From Bdellovibrionales bacterium (GTDB lineage: Bacteria > Bdellovibrionota > Bdellovibrionia > Bdellovibrionales > JAMPXM01): DNA of 60,777 nt. Of the stretch, positions 7,978-18,040 are shown one piece after another. The notes beneath the pieces were generated by a model. The model searched no databases. It saw only the letters and a list, made by a program, of their open reading frames with translations, and was not told the DNA's origin. A program made the position numbers and the translations under genes. Every line of letters begins with the position of its first letter. Position 1 is the stretch's first letter. Location of the stretch: contig JAYTQQ010000191.1 in NCBI GenBank assembly GCA_043746635.1, positions 1 through 60,777 on the forward strand, in the 5' to 3' direction.

Positions 7978-10455
7978 ATGAAACAAGCTTTGAAAAAATC
8001 GAAAGCTATTTTAAATCTAGCGATTATATCTAGCTTAGCGCCGGCATTTTTTATCTCAACCGCGGCGGCGCGTCACCAAGATCCTGCGGGTGTTTACAAC
8101 GCTGAAGTTTACCGTGAGCGTGTGAGTTCAGCGGTAGCAAGTGTTGTTCAGTCATCAACTTATACTCCAGAGGTGAGACCGGGTTCCTTGCTCAAAGTAT
8201 TACCTCAAAAGGCAGCACCAACACAGGCTGTAGCTCCTAGGACTGCAGCTGACAAAATCGTTTCTCAGGTGAAAAACTTTTTCTTTGGTGCTGACAGCAA
8301 ACCAGAACCGATTCACGCCGCTGCTTCTGTGGCTCAAGATCAAGTTCAACCGAAGAGATTGCCGAGTTCGGCGGTCGTTGCGCCCGCGGCTCTAACGAAT
8401 AAAGAGGCGATTCAAAAACCAAATCATGATGTTACTCGAAATCTTCCGGTGAATAAATCTGGTGTTGAAACTTACCTGATTACGTCTCCAAAAATTCCTT
8501 ACTTAGAAGTAACAAAAGAATCGAAGATCGACTCACAAACTTATCGCCTTTCGACTGACTCTGAAAAGAAATTTGCAGACTACGCTATCGCTCCAATCAC
8601 ATCTCCAGAAGTGATCGGCGCAAAAGTATTTCAGGATATGAATAGAGCGCAACCGACAACTCAGAACCCTCAGTTCGCAAAAATGAATGCATCGAAGTTT
8701 GAACCTGTGACCCATGCCGACCTCGACAAAGTAGAGTGGATGTCAACGATGGACACTCCGATCAATCTCATCAAGTTTACTCCACTATCCGCTGATGAAA
8801 TTCGATTACTCAATGGTATTTTACTTTACCGTCAGGGTGACAAATGTGCCGTTGCGGTTAGCTTATTTTATCCGCTCACGAAAACGGCGTTTTACGAAAG
8901 CGAAGGAAATTACTTTCTCGCAATGTGCTCAAAACAACTTGGTCTCATGACCGATTTTTACGAAAAATCGCGTAGAGTTTTTGAGGCCGAAGATCTTCAC
9001 TACAGCAAAAAACTCTTCAAAGTTTTGAGCGAAGATGTTCCGCCTGAAGTCATCGATGGGCTAGGTAAAGCACTTTTCAAATTGTCGGCGAATAAAAAAG
9101 CATTCGAAGACGTTGACCCAATCGTTAAGGGGAATGTTTATTTTATCTTAGCAAACTTTGGTGCAAAGACCGAGAGATTCAAAACGACGCTCAGTTATTC
9201 ACAACTCGTTCCAGAAAAACATCCGAAATTTCTCGAGGCGCAGTTTTTGAGGGCCCTTGCTGAATACGAAACGGGCGATAAAGTAAAAGCGATGGAGATT
9301 CAAGAAAATCTCATCAAGCAACTGGCGCTCGACAAAAAGAATGATGAATTTCAAGCGCTGGTGGCACTTAACCTCGCACGCATGCAGTTTCAAGAGAAAA
9401 AATTTAAGGAAGCCCGAGAAAATTTTTTAAAAGTTTCGAAAGATCATCCAATGTGGGTTCAGAGTTTGACCGAAATGGGTTGGTCACAACTTCAGATGTC
9501 TGACTTTGGCGGCGCGATCGGTAATATGTATTCCCTCCAGTCACCATTTTTTAATGCCGTTTACAAACCAGAGAGCTACGTCATTCGTACTATTGGCTAT
9601 TTGAACCTCTGCCAATATGGTGATGCTTACAAAACTTTAAGTATCCTTGAAAAACAGTATCGTCCGGTTTTAGACAAGATGGTCTCCTACCAATCCGGAA
9701 GCGGTCATCAGGCCTACCAGACGATCAAGACATATATTTCTTCGAAGGTAGCGATCAACGAAGTCGATGGATTACCGGCTCCGGTCATTCGCGAAATGGC
9801 GAGACATAAAGATTTCCTGGTGAGACAGCTCGCCCTCAATCGCCAGTCTGAAGAGAGAGACATTTACACAAGGCTTGATCGCGACGTTGAAATAAGCCTC
9901 GCGAAGGCTCAAGCCACCGTAACGAAATCAAGAGCGAAGATTGAGCTTCTTAAGAAGAACATTATTCTCGCGGGTAACAATGGACTTCAGGCCGAAGCAA
10001 AAAAACAGATGGAGAGCGACCTCGAGCATGAATTCAAAACTCTCAACGCTCAGTTTTTTCAGATCGATCTATTTAACGATGCAAAGAAGGCCGTTTCGGC
10101 TTACCGTGCAGAGTCGGTCAAACTCGCGGAGCAAAGGATCGCGGCGAGTAAAGTTGAACTCGAAAGCACATTGCAAAAACGTTTGACCAGCATGAAAGAA
10201 GATCTTATCCGTATTTTAGATAATAACGAATTGCTCAGATACGAAGTCTATTCGGGTAGCGGCGAAAACATTCGCTTTCAAGTTGCGGGTGGAGAGAAAT
10301 CAAATCGTGTTCCGGCAAGTGTTCTTCCGAAATCAAAAAGTCTTCAATGGGACTTTGACGGCGAATACTGGGAAGACGAAATTGGCCATTACCGATCATC
10401 ACTTAAAAATAATTGTCCTGATAGCAGACAGGCTCGCAACGGAGGAGAACAGTGA
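7978..10455 (+). CDS. Large secreted protein with Pro/Ala-rich N-region and TPR-like repeats, 825 aa (GltC/NfsC-like?)
   Basis: N-terminal signal-like segment (ILNLAIISSLAPAFFISTAAA). A low-complexity A/P/Q-rich linker is followed by helical repeat regions and a coiled-coil C-terminal third. Confidence 0.55.
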   Translation: MKQALKKSKAILNLAIISSLAPAFFISTAAARHQDPAGVYNAEVYRERVSSAVASVVQSSTYTPEVRPGSLLKVLPQKAAPTQAVAPRTAADKIVSQVKNFFFGADSKPEPIHAAASVAQDQVQPKRLPSSAVVAPAALTNKEAIQKPNHDVTRNLPVNKSGVETYLITSPKIPYLEVTKESKIDSQTYRLSTDSEKKFADYAIAPITSPEVIGAKVFQDMNRAQPTTQNPQFAKMNASKFEPVTHADLDKVEWMSTMDTPINLIKFTPLSADEIRLLNGILLYRQGDKCAVAVSLFYPLTKTAFYESEGNYFLAMCSKQLGLMTDFYEKSRRVFEAEDLHYSKKLFKVLSEDVPPEVIDGLGKALFKLSANKKAFEDVDPIVKGNVYFILANFGAKTERFKTTLSYSQLVPEKHPKFLEAQFLRALAEYETGDKVKAMEIQENLIKQLALDKKNDEFQALVALNLARMQFQEKKFKEARENFLKVSKDHPMWVQSLTEMGWSQLQMSDFGGAIGNMYSLQSPFFNAVYKPESYVIRTIGYLNLCQYGDAYKTLSILEKQYRPVLDKMVSYQSGSGHQAYQTIKTYISSKVAINEVDGLPAPVIREMARHKDFLVRQLALNRQSEERDIYTRLDRDVEISLAKAQATVTKSRAKIELLKKNIILAGNNGLQAEAKKQMESDLEHEFKTLNAQFFQIDLFNDAKKAVSAYRAESVKLAEQRIAASKVELESTLQKRLTSMKEDLIRILDNNELLRYEVYSGSGENIRFQVAGGEKSNRVPASVLPKSKSLQWDFDGEYWEDEIGHYRSSLKNNCPDSRQARNGGEQ

Positions 10456-11099
10456 GAAATTTAAAAACAAAATTAATAATTCTAAGCTCAGTGATGGGTT
10501 GCGTATTTTCGGGGCAAGCCGAAACGAATATTCCTGAAAAGGTCGTTCAGCTAAAAGAAAATGTTGATGCAAGTCACGAGAACTTAAGGCAGTACGAAGA
10601 CAATCTTAAAATCGTTAATCAGAATCTGAAAGAAACGCAAGCGGCGATGAAGCAGCTCGATAAACAAAAGCTGGCGATTCATAAGCAGCTTGACGATTCT
10701 CAAAAGGGAAAGATGACGGTTGAGAATTCTAAAAAACAACTTCAAGGTTTCATGAAAGTTGAGCAAGATAAATCAGATGTCGAAAAGAAGCAAATCGAAG
10801 ATCTGAAAGCCACGCTCGCCAAGCTCGATGCGAATCAGTTGAAACGACAAGAAAATATCGCTGCTTACCAGGCAAAGTTGCAAACGATGGAGTCTGAACA
10901 AAATAACGTTCAAGCTCATCATCAAGAAATTGTTGATTTAGAAAGAGCTCTGCAAGAGAAGACTGCCCAAGCTCAAAAAGATCAAAAAGCACTGGCTGAG
11001 AAAAAAGTCAGCTACGAGCAAGAAGTCGCCAAATGGAAAAAGCAAGGGCGCTTGTCTGAACGCAATTACGCTAACTTCAAAGATTTAAAAGACGAGTAG
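10452..11099 (+). CDS. Coiled-coil lipoprotein, 215 aa
   Basis: The GTG start overlaps the preceding stop (GTGA 10452-10455), with GGAGGAG upstream. Lipobox SSVMGC. The remainder is heptad-like and Q/K/E-rich. Confidence 0.6.
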   Translation: MRNLKTKLIILSSVMGCVFSGQAETNIPEKVVQLKENVDASHENLRQYEDNLKIVNQNLKETQAAMKQLDKQKLAIHKQLDDSQKGKMTVENSKKQLQGFMKVEQDKSDVEKKQIEDLKATLAKLDANQLKRQENIAAYQAKLQTMESEQNNVQAHHQEIVDLERALQEKTAQAQKDQKALAEKKVSYEQEVAKWKKQGRLSERNYANFKDLKDE

Positions 11100-11126
11100 G
11101 CGAGTCGCCTTTTAAAGACGAGTGAT

Positions 11127-12092
11127 TTAAGGATTGGACTCATTCAGAAAACGAGAGACCTCTTCGGGAAATTCTTCTCCGGCGCGGTGGCTCACGCCAT
11201 CGGCGCGAACGTAAAGACCACGGTACTCCATTGGCACACGCTCAAACAAATCTGATTTATCTGAAGATGGCAAAACGAGATCGGCAAGTCCGTCTAATAT
11301 GTTCACCTTGGTTTTTATGGCGGTGAGCTGAGAAGCATTCTCTAACGGAATTCCCATAAATAAATCATAAGCCGCCGTCACTTCGTTTAAATCAAAAGCC
11401 TCTTCAGACTGCGCGGCGTATTCTCCCCGGGCACCTAAATACATCAAGAGATCACGAATATTTTGGGAATTAATGGGGCCTACACCAGAAATATTTTTGA
11501 GGCGCATATAGATTGGCGCAAACGCAACATTTGCAATGGGCGACAGTGGGTTGATCAGATTGAGTGACGCTACAGTTATTTTGTCTCGATTAAAAATATC
11601 TATCGCGGCTTGAATCGCCACCGCCGCACCGTACGATTCTCCGACTAGGACGAGCTTGGTTTTATCGATGCGTAGTTGATCGAGAATTGAAATGAGATCT
11701 TGAGACTGCACCGGCACCGGAATTACCTGCAGGATGGGTGATTTTGAAATCAGTTCGCCTTGGCCTTCCAACTCAAGCTGTAAAATGCCGTATCCGAGAG
11801 GTAAAAGAAGATCGGCTACGTGATCAAAACTTTCGATGTCAGAGTCAAGACCTCCGATAAAAACGAAAATACTTTTGGCAAGATTTGATGGGGCCACGAA
11901 ATGCACCGGAAGATTCACTCCAGAAGCGGCCGGAATATATTGAACGTCCAAGCGGGGAGGGGTCGTTTTTTCAACTCGCACGGCAGCTTCTTCGGAGGCC
12001 TGAGGTGCGCTTGCGAACTGCGTAGTTTCATCGCTATAAGCGTGAACGACCGATAGAGTTGTTAGTATAAATAGGAGAAATCCCCGAAGCAT
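11127..12092 (-). CDS. Secreted alpha/beta hydrolase
   Basis: I moved the start to ATG 12092, which gives the signal peptide MLRGFLLFILTTLSVVHA. The nucleophile elbow is GESYG (VLVGESYGAAVA). Confidence 0.7.
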   Translation of the reverse strand: MLRGFLLFILTTLSVVHAYSDETTQFASAPQASEEAAVRVEKTTPPRLDVQYIPAASGVNLPVHFVAPSNLAKSIFVFIGGLDSDIESFDHVADLLLPLGYGILQLELEGQGELISKSPILQVIPVPVQSQDLISILDQLRIDKTKLVLVGESYGAAVAIQAAIDIFNRDKITVASLNLINPLSPIANVAFAPIYMRLKNISGVGPINSQNIRDLLMYLGARGEYAAQSEEAFDLNEVTAAYDLFMGIPLENASQLTAIKTKVNILDGLADLVLPSSDKSDLFERVPMEYRGLYVRADGVSHRAGEEFPEEVSRFLNESNP

Positions 12093-12202
12093 CGCAAGCC
12101 CCCTTGCCAACAGGAAGAAAGAGCAAATCCGGCGCCAAGCTGAATGGCTCTCAGAGAATACGAGAAGAAAAGAGCTCTGAAAAAATAACAAAACTTGAGC
12201 CT

Positions 12203-12232
12203 AAAAAACGCGAGTCGCCGAGACAAATCGCG
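12203..12232 (-). terminator. Possible rho-independent terminator of the S8 protease gene
   Basis: On the minus strand: cgcga-tttgtctcggcgac-tcgcg followed by TTTTTT. The stem is short, so the call is weak. Confidence 0.35.
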
Positions 12233-12252
12233 TGAAGAAATTTAAATAATAA

Positions 12253-13734
12253 TTACAGCGTCGATAATTTATCGACGTTTAATTTTCCGCCGCTGATCGA
12301 TTTGCCTTTCATCGCTTCGATCGGAGTTGCCGAATCAAGCAGTGCTTTTTTCACATCCTGCCATTTTGCCTCTGGATGTTTTGACCAGTACAAAGCAAGT
12401 GCGCCCGCAACCTGCGGAGCCGCCATCGAAGTGCCATCCCAAGTTGCCTTGAAACCGAAAACATTAAAGAGTGTATCGGCATAAGTGTTGCCAACCGTTG
12501 TTGAAAACACTTGTACGCCTGGTGCCGCGATGTGAACCGTTTTCAAACCCCAGTTTGAAAATTTTCCGAGTTTGTTCTCTTTATCAATCGCCGCAACGCT
12601 TATGATATTATCGATTGCGTAGCTCGCAGGAACTCCCGGTTTTGGATCGGTATCGTTGTCGTAACCAATGCCCTTGTGCCCGTTGCCGGCAGCGAAAACG
12701 AAGAGCACGCCTTTTTCTTGGCCGCCCGTGATCACTTCTTTCAGGGCGTGGTTGTCTCCAGCTTCTTTTGGGTCTTCGCCTTCAGAGCCCCAAGAGTTCG
12801 ACAAAACACGTGCGCCGTTATTGATCGCGTACATGATTGCTTTGATCGCTCCAGCGGTATCGCCCTGACCGGACTTACTGATAAAGCGAAGGCCCATGAT
12901 CTTTGCGTCTGGAGCCACTCCGACTGTGCCTTTTCCGTTGCCGGCTTTTGCCGCAATATTTCCGGCGCAGTGAGTGCCGTGACCTGGATTTTCACCTTTT
13001 AGAACCACATCTAGAATTTGACCGTGAACATCGTAAGGTTTGTTATCATTGTCAGAAAAATCCCAAGCCATCACGTCATCGATGTAACCGTTGCCGTCGT
13101 CGTCAACGTTGTTGTTCGATTTATCATGACCTTGGTTATCGAAGCCCATTTCGCCTTCGTTTCTCCACATATTGTCGACCAAGTCTTCATGATTATAGTC
13201 TACACCCGAATCAATGACCGCGACGATGATGCCTTTGCCGGTTGCTTGCTTCCACGCATTTTTGACTCCGATGTCTTGCATGCCCCACTGATTTTTATAA
13301 AACGGATCTTCTCCGTTTCCGCCGGAGCTTATCAAAATCACGGGAAGATTCGGCTTCATGACAGGGGTGGGATCCGGGTTTGAAGCGCTTTCTTTGACGA
13401 GCTCGGCCAAGAAATTGGGATCCTGCAGTGCTGCCGGGTTTGCGTAATCTTCAATGAGGTGGAGTTTGTAGTTCGCTTGAACGTATTCGACATTGGGATT
13501 GTTTTTTAAATTCGCGAAATTTGCAAAGGCACTGACCGGAGCCGTCATATGAACGATATTGCCAAAGCCGAGATTGTCGACTTTTATTCCACTTCGAAAG
13601 TTGATTGCCGTAAATTGAGTCAAAGCTGCCTTGCTTTTAAACTTTACGATGACGTCGTTCTCGTCAACGGCTTGAGAAACTGACGAAAAACCGAGCGCGA
13701 GGCCGATACTAAATAGAACTACGAAAAATTTCAT
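12253..13734 (-). CDS. Secreted subtilisin-family (S8) serine protease
   Basis: Signal peptide MKFFVVLFSIGLALGFSSVSQA. The catalytic triad motifs are DSGVDYNHEDL (Asp), HGTHCAGNIA (His) and GTSMAAPQVAG (Ser). Confidence 0.9.
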   Translation of the reverse strand: MKFFVVLFSIGLALGFSSVSQAVDENDVIVKFKSKAALTQFTAINFRSGIKVDNLGFGNIVHMTAPVSAFANFANLKNNPNVEYVQANYKLHLIEDYANPAALQDPNFLAELVKESASNPDPTPVMKPNLPVILISSGGNGEDPFYKNQWGMQDIGVKNAWKQATGKGIIVAVIDSGVDYNHEDLVDNMWRNEGEMGFDNQGHDKSNNNVDDDGNGYIDDVMAWDFSDNDNKPYDVHGQILDVVLKGENPGHGTHCAGNIAAKAGNGKGTVGVAPDAKIMGLRFISKSGQGDTAGAIKAIMYAINNGARVLSNSWGSEGEDPKEAGDNHALKEVITGGQEKGVLFVFAAGNGHKGIGYDNDTDPKPGVPASYAIDNIISVAAIDKENKLGKFSNWGLKTVHIAAPGVQVFSTTVGNTYADTLFNVFGFKATWDGTSMAAPQVAGALALYWSKHPEAKWQDVKKALLDSATPIEAMKGKSISGGKLNVDKLSTL

Positions 13735-13914
13735 GATCCCTCCTTGAGATGATTGACTGGGGATAGTCTAGGCAGCTTGAGTTCGAGGATTCAAACACAA
13801 AACTCGAATCAGACGCAAGATCCCACAAATACGTATTCTCATTCCATTTTCATTGAGATTTTTAGACATTAAGTTATGTTAAATACAACGAAATCATTCG
13901 ATTGAGGTGTCCTC

Positions 13915-14508
13915 ATGAGTACAACGTCAACTGCTCCGAACTCTAAGCCGTTAACTGGGCCGTTAACTAAACCAACATCTGATCCTCACGATCAGAGTAT
14001 CGAAAATTTATCGCAATCTTTTGCTTTTGCGACGAAGCTCGATGATCTTGTCGCATGGGGCCGCAAAAATTCTCTCTGGCCAATGCCCTACGGAACAGCC
14101 TGTTGTGGAATTGAACTCATGAGTGTCATGGGACCAAAGTACGATCTCGCGAGATTTGGTGCTGAGGTTGTGAGATTTTCTCCACGTCAGGCCGATCTTC
14201 TTTTAGTCGCGGGAACTATTACCGAAAAAATGGCTCCGGTTCTTGTTCATATTTATCAACAAATGCTAGAGCCAAAATACGTGATCTCGATGGGTGCATG
14301 CGCAAGTTCGGGTGGTTTCTACCGCTCTTACCATGTCCTTCAAGGAATTGATCGCGTGGTTCCCGTTGATGTTTTTGTTCCGGGTTGTCCTCCGACTCCT
14401 GAAGCAGTTCTCGACGGAATCATGACACTTCAAAGAATGATTGCAGAACACAAACCACGTCCGTGGAGAGATAACTGGAAGGCGCCGAATGATGCTCAAC
14501 CTAGATAA
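13915..14508 (+). CDS. nuoB: NADH-quinone oxidoreductase subunit B
   Basis: Motifs [18 protein letters not shown] and VPGCPP (N2 cluster ligands). It has a roughly 35-aa Thr/Pro-rich N-terminal extension. Confidence 0.9.
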   Translation: MSTTSTAPNSKPLTGPLTKPTSDPHDQSIENLSQSFAFATKLDDLVAWGRKNSLWPMPYGTACCGIELMSVMGPKYDLARFGAEVVRFSPRQADLLLVAGTITEKMAPVLVHIYQQMLEPKYVISMGACASSGGFYRSYHVLQGIDRVVPVDVFVPGCPPTPEAVLDGIMTLQRMIAEHKPRPWRDNWKAPNDAQPR

Positions 14509-16207
14509 GAATCAAACTCCGCTCAGTAAAAATTTAGAAAATTTGCAAAGCTCACTCGGTTCTTTCTTCGGAAATAAAATGAGCTGCTTTCAATTTCGTA
14601 CAAGTTTTGGTGATGATTGCATCGAAGTTCCGAAAGAAGATGTCGGCAATTTACTTCGCTTCTTAAGAAATCAATCTCAAATTGATTTTTTGATGGATGT
14701 TTGCGGAGCCGATTACCCTGATCGCAAACAGCGCTTTGAAGTCGTCTATCATTTATTTAATTCGAAAACTTACCAACGTTTGCGATTGAAAACTCGTCTC
14801 GCTGAAGGCGAAACGCTTGAGACAGCAACCAGCATCTGGAAGGGTGCCACGTTCTTTGAGCGCGAAGCCTACGACATGTTCGGAATGAAATTCGACGGAC
14901 ACAAAAACATGAGTCGTATTTTGACTCATCATCAGTTTCAAGGTCATCCGCTTCGTAAAGATTACGATGCCGATCATCAACAACACTGTTCGAATGCGAT
15001 GCCCGTGCATTTTGCTCCAGATCCGAATTGGGATCCAAAGGGTCGCAACCTTGTTCCTTTGAATATTGGTCCTGCGCACCCGGCCACCCACGGAACTCTT
15101 CGCGTGATGGCTGAGCTCGACGGCGAAACCGTTGCGCGTGCTCACGTTGAACTCGGATTTTTGCACAGATGTTTTGAAAAAATGGCAGAGACTCATCCTT
15201 ACAACCAGGTGATTCCTTATACGGATCGTTTGAACTATTGTTCGGCCCCAATGAACAACGTTGGCTACTGCAAAACGGTTGAGAAAATGCTCGGCGTGAC
15301 GATTCCGCCAAAGGCGATGGCGATGAGAGTGATCTTAGCTGAGCTTTCTCGCATCATCGATCACTTTGTGTGCATCGGGGCGAATGCGGTCGATCTCGGT
15401 GCCCTCACCGGATTCTTTCATCTCTTTACTTACCGTGAACAAGTCTACTCTTTGTTTGAAAAACTTTGTGGAGCTCGTCTCACGGTTTCTCTCACGCGCA
15501 TCGGCGGCATGGCTCAAGATGCGCCCGAGGGGTGGTACGATGAAGTTTTGCAAGTCTGTAAAAATATTCGCCACGGTATCGAAGAGCTCGATACTCTCAT
15601 GACCGGCAATAAAATTTGGATTGGGCGCACGCAAAACGTAGGCCGAATTTCTCCCGAAGACGCGATTGCTTGGGGTTATACTGGTCCTCTCTTGAGGGCG
15701 ACAGGCGTTCCGCTTGATCTTCGTAAAGCGACTCCTTATTACGGTTATGATCAACTTGATTTTGATATTCCGGTTGGGTCGAGCGGCGATGTTTTTGATC
15801 GTTATCTCGTTCGCGTTGAAGAAATGCGCCAGTCTCTTAAAATCATCGAGCAAGTTTGCAAAAATATTCCTGAAGGTGATTACACGATTCGCGACCGCGG
15901 AATCGTTTTGCCAGAGAAAAAAGACGTTTACGGAAATATCGAAGGCCTTATGAATCACTTTATGCTCGTGATCAAAGGTTTGCGACCACCGGTTGGCGAA
16001 ACTTACGACGCGACAGAAGCAGCGAACGGCGAGCTCGGATTTTACCTCGTGAGCGACGGGTCGGGCAGACCTTACCGATTGAAGGTGCGTCCGCCGTGCT
16101 TTGCAATTTATCAGAGTTTCGTTGAGCAAGTCACCGGAGGGCCTGTCGCCGACGTGATCGCAATTTTAGGAAGTATGAATTTAATCGCCGGTGAATTAGA
16201 TCGCTAG
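14489..16207 (+). CDS. nuoCD: NADH-quinone oxidoreductase fused subunit C/D
   Basis: ATG 14489 overlaps the nuoB end. The NuoC part carries [14 protein letters not shown]. The NuoD part carries [12 protein letters not shown] and the C-terminal [11 protein letters not shown]. Confidence 0.9.
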   Translation: MMLNLDKNQTPLSKNLENLQSSLGSFFGNKMSCFQFRTSFGDDCIEVPKEDVGNLLRFLRNQSQIDFLMDVCGADYPDRKQRFEVVYHLFNSKTYQRLRLKTRLAEGETLETATSIWKGATFFEREAYDMFGMKFDGHKNMSRILTHHQFQGHPLRKDYDADHQQHCSNAMPVHFAPDPNWDPKGRNLVPLNIGPAHPATHGTLRVMAELDGETVARAHVELGFLHRCFEKMAETHPYNQVIPYTDRLNYCSAPMNNVGYCKTVEKMLGVTIPPKAMAMRVILAELSRIIDHFVCIGANAVDLGALTGFFHLFTYREQVYSLFEKLCGARLTVSLTRIGGMAQDAPEGWYDEVLQVCKNIRHGIEELDTLMTGNKIWIGRTQNVGRISPEDAIAWGYTGPLLRATGVPLDLRKATPYYGYDQLDFDIPVGSSGDVFDRYLVRVEEMRQSLKIIEQVCKNIPEGDYTIRDRGIVLPEKKDVYGNIEGLMNHFMLVIKGLRPPVGETYDATEAANGELGFYLVSDGSGRPYRLKVRPPCFAIYQSFVEQVTGGPVADVIAILGSMNLIAGELDR

Positions 16208-16269
16208 AAAGCGCAGAGCGATTTAGAATTGCCCCTATCGCGGAGCAATTGAAAAGGAGAATGTACGAC

Positions 16270-16749
16270 ATGTTTACACTTTCAAAAGACGGACTCGATT
16301 ATGTTCAAAAAGAATTGAGCAGATACGAGAATAAGCAATCGGCGATTATTCGTTGTTTATACAAAGCTCAAGATGAAAATGGCGGCTGGCTCAGCCAAGA
16401 AGCCATGCACGCTTTAGGTGATGTCATGAAGATTCCGGTTGCGCAGATTGAAGAAGTCGCGACTTTCTACACGATGTTCAACATGAAGCCCCAAGGCAAA
16501 TACCATATTCAAGTTTGCTGTACTCTCACTTGCGCCATGGTCGGAGCCCGCGAGATGACCGACCTCATGATGAAAGAGTGCGGAGTGAAGAACCTCGGTG
16601 AAGTGAGCAAAGACGGCAGATTTAGTTTTAGTAAAGTCGAGTGTCTTGGCTCTTGCGATACGGCTCCGATGTTACAAATTAACCGTGATCCCTACATTGA
16701 AAATCTCAACGACGAAAAAGCTTTGAAGTTAATGAAGGAGCTTAAGTAA
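16270..16749 (+). CDS. nuoE: NADH-quinone oxidoreductase subunit E
   Basis: 2Fe-2S ligand motifs QVCCTLTCAMVG and VECLGSCDTAP. I prefer start 16270 because AAGGAGA lies about 10 nt upstream. ATG 16261 is the alternative. Confidence 0.85.
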   Translation: MFTLSKDGLDYVQKELSRYENKQSAIIRCLYKAQDENGGWLSQEAMHALGDVMKIPVAQIEEVATFYTMFNMKPQGKYHIQVCCTLTCAMVGAREMTDLMMKECGVKNLGEVSKDGRFSFSKVECLGSCDTAPMLQINRDPYIENLNDEKALKLMKELK

Positions 16750-16750
16750 A

Positions 16751-18040
16751 ATGGAAGTTAAAACCCTCTCTCAGCATTACGATAATCCAGAATATCGCGG
16801 ACTCGCCGGCTATAAGCGCTTCGGCGGTTACGAAATTCTTGCGAAAGCGCTCAAGATGGAGCCACAAAAAATCATCGATGAAGTGAAAGCTTCTGGTCTT
16901 CGCGGCCGAGGCGGTGCGGGGTTCCCGACAGGAATGAAGTGGGGATTTCTTCCTAAGAATAATGAACCTCGGTATTTACTCTGCAATGCCGATGAGTCAG
17001 AACCTGGCACATTCAAAGATCGTCTCATGATGGAGCGCGCTCCTCATCAGTTGATCGAGTCGATGATCATTTCGTCTTTCGCTCTCGGCGTAAAAAAATC
17101 TTACATCTACATTCGTGGTGAATACACCGGCCCTGCCGCGATCCTCGAAACAGCTTTGAAAGAAGCACGAGATGCGGGCTACCTCGGCAAAAATATATTG
17201 GGCACTGGTTTTGATCTTGAACTCGATCTCTACATCGGTGCCGGAGCTTACATCTGCGGAGAAGAAACCGGAATGATTTCTTCTCTCGAAGGCCTCAAAG
17301 GACAACCGAAACTGAAGCCGCCATTTCCGGCGGTGAGTGGATACCTTAAAAAACCAACAATCGTGAACAACGTCGAAACGCTCGCGAGCGTGATTCACAT
17401 TTTACGTGACGGAGTTGCCGAATACCGCAAACAAGGAACTGAAAAATCTCCGGGCACGAAATTATTTTCACTTTCGGGCAATGTGAATAAACCTGGGACT
17501 TACGAAGTTCCGCTTGGATATCCACTCAAAGATTTCATTGAAAAAGAATGTGGTGGATTAAAAGCGGGCCGCACACTGAAAGCCGTGATCCCTGGCGGAT
17601 CGAGCGCTCCGGTGTTGACCGCCGAAGAAGCTTACAAGGCGACTCTTGATTACGAATGTCTCGCGCAAATGGGTTCGATGTTAGGGAGCGGTGCGATCAT
17701 CGTGATCGACGATAGCAACTGCATGGTCGACGTACTCAGCACGATCACTCACTTTTACCATCATGAATCTTGCGGTCAATGTACTCCTTGTCGTGAAGGT
17801 ACTGGCTGGCTTAATAAACTGGTTCACGCGGTCATCACGGGCGAAGCGCAGCCGAAAGATCTCGACCTCCTCATTCAAGTTGCCGACAACATGAAGGGCC
17901 GAACGATCTGCGCTTTGTCTGATGCGGCGGCCTTGCCGGTTTTAAGTTTTGTTAAAAAATTCCGCAGTGAATTTGACTACTTTGTTGCGAACAAAAAATC
18001 TCAAGTTAAAGGACAGATCTATGCTCAAATGCAACATTAA
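16751..18040 (+). CDS. nuoF: NADH-quinone oxidoreductase subunit F
   Basis: FMN/NADH site GRGGAGFPTGMKW and N3 cluster motif ESCGQCTPCREG. Confidence 0.92.
   Translation: MEVKTLSQHYDNPEYRGLAGYKRFGGYEILAKALKMEPQKIIDEVKASGLRGRGGAGFPTGMKWGFLPKNNEPRYLLCNADESEPGTFKDRLMMERAPHQLIESMIISSFALGVKKSYIYIRGEYTGPAAILETALKEARDAGYLGKNILGTGFDLELDLYIGAGAYICGEETGMISSLEGLKGQPKLKPPFPAVSGYLKKPTIVNNVETLASVIHILRDGVAEYRKQGTEKSPGTKLFSLSGNVNKPGTYEVPLGYPLKDFIEKECGGLKAGRTLKAVIPGGSSAPVLTAEEAYKATLDYECLAQMGSMLGSGAIIVIDDSNCMVDVLSTITHFYHHESCGQCTPCREGTGWLNKLVHAVITGEAQPKDLDLLIQVADNMKGRTICALSDAAALPVLSFVKKFRSEFDYFVANKKSQVKGQIYAQMQH

Noticed and set aside
11097-11116. Short hairpin ggcg-agt-cgcc + TTTT after the coiled-coil lipoprotein gene; the 10-mer gcgagtcgcc recurs at 12210
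   Set aside because: The stem is only 4 bp, so it is too weak to annotate as a terminator. The recurrence of a single 10-mer is compatible with chance.
12302-13383. Several plus-strand ORFs (60-121 aa) inside the S8 protease gene
   Set aside because: They are antisense to a gene with a complete Asp/His/Ser triad and a signal peptide. They have no independent support.
14753-16129. Long minus-strand ORFs (147, 184 and 264 aa) antisense to nuoCD
   Set aside because: The plus frame carries unmistakable NuoC and NuoD motifs across the whole interval. The antisense translations are low-complexity and R/S/F-rich with no start context. They are shadow ORFs.
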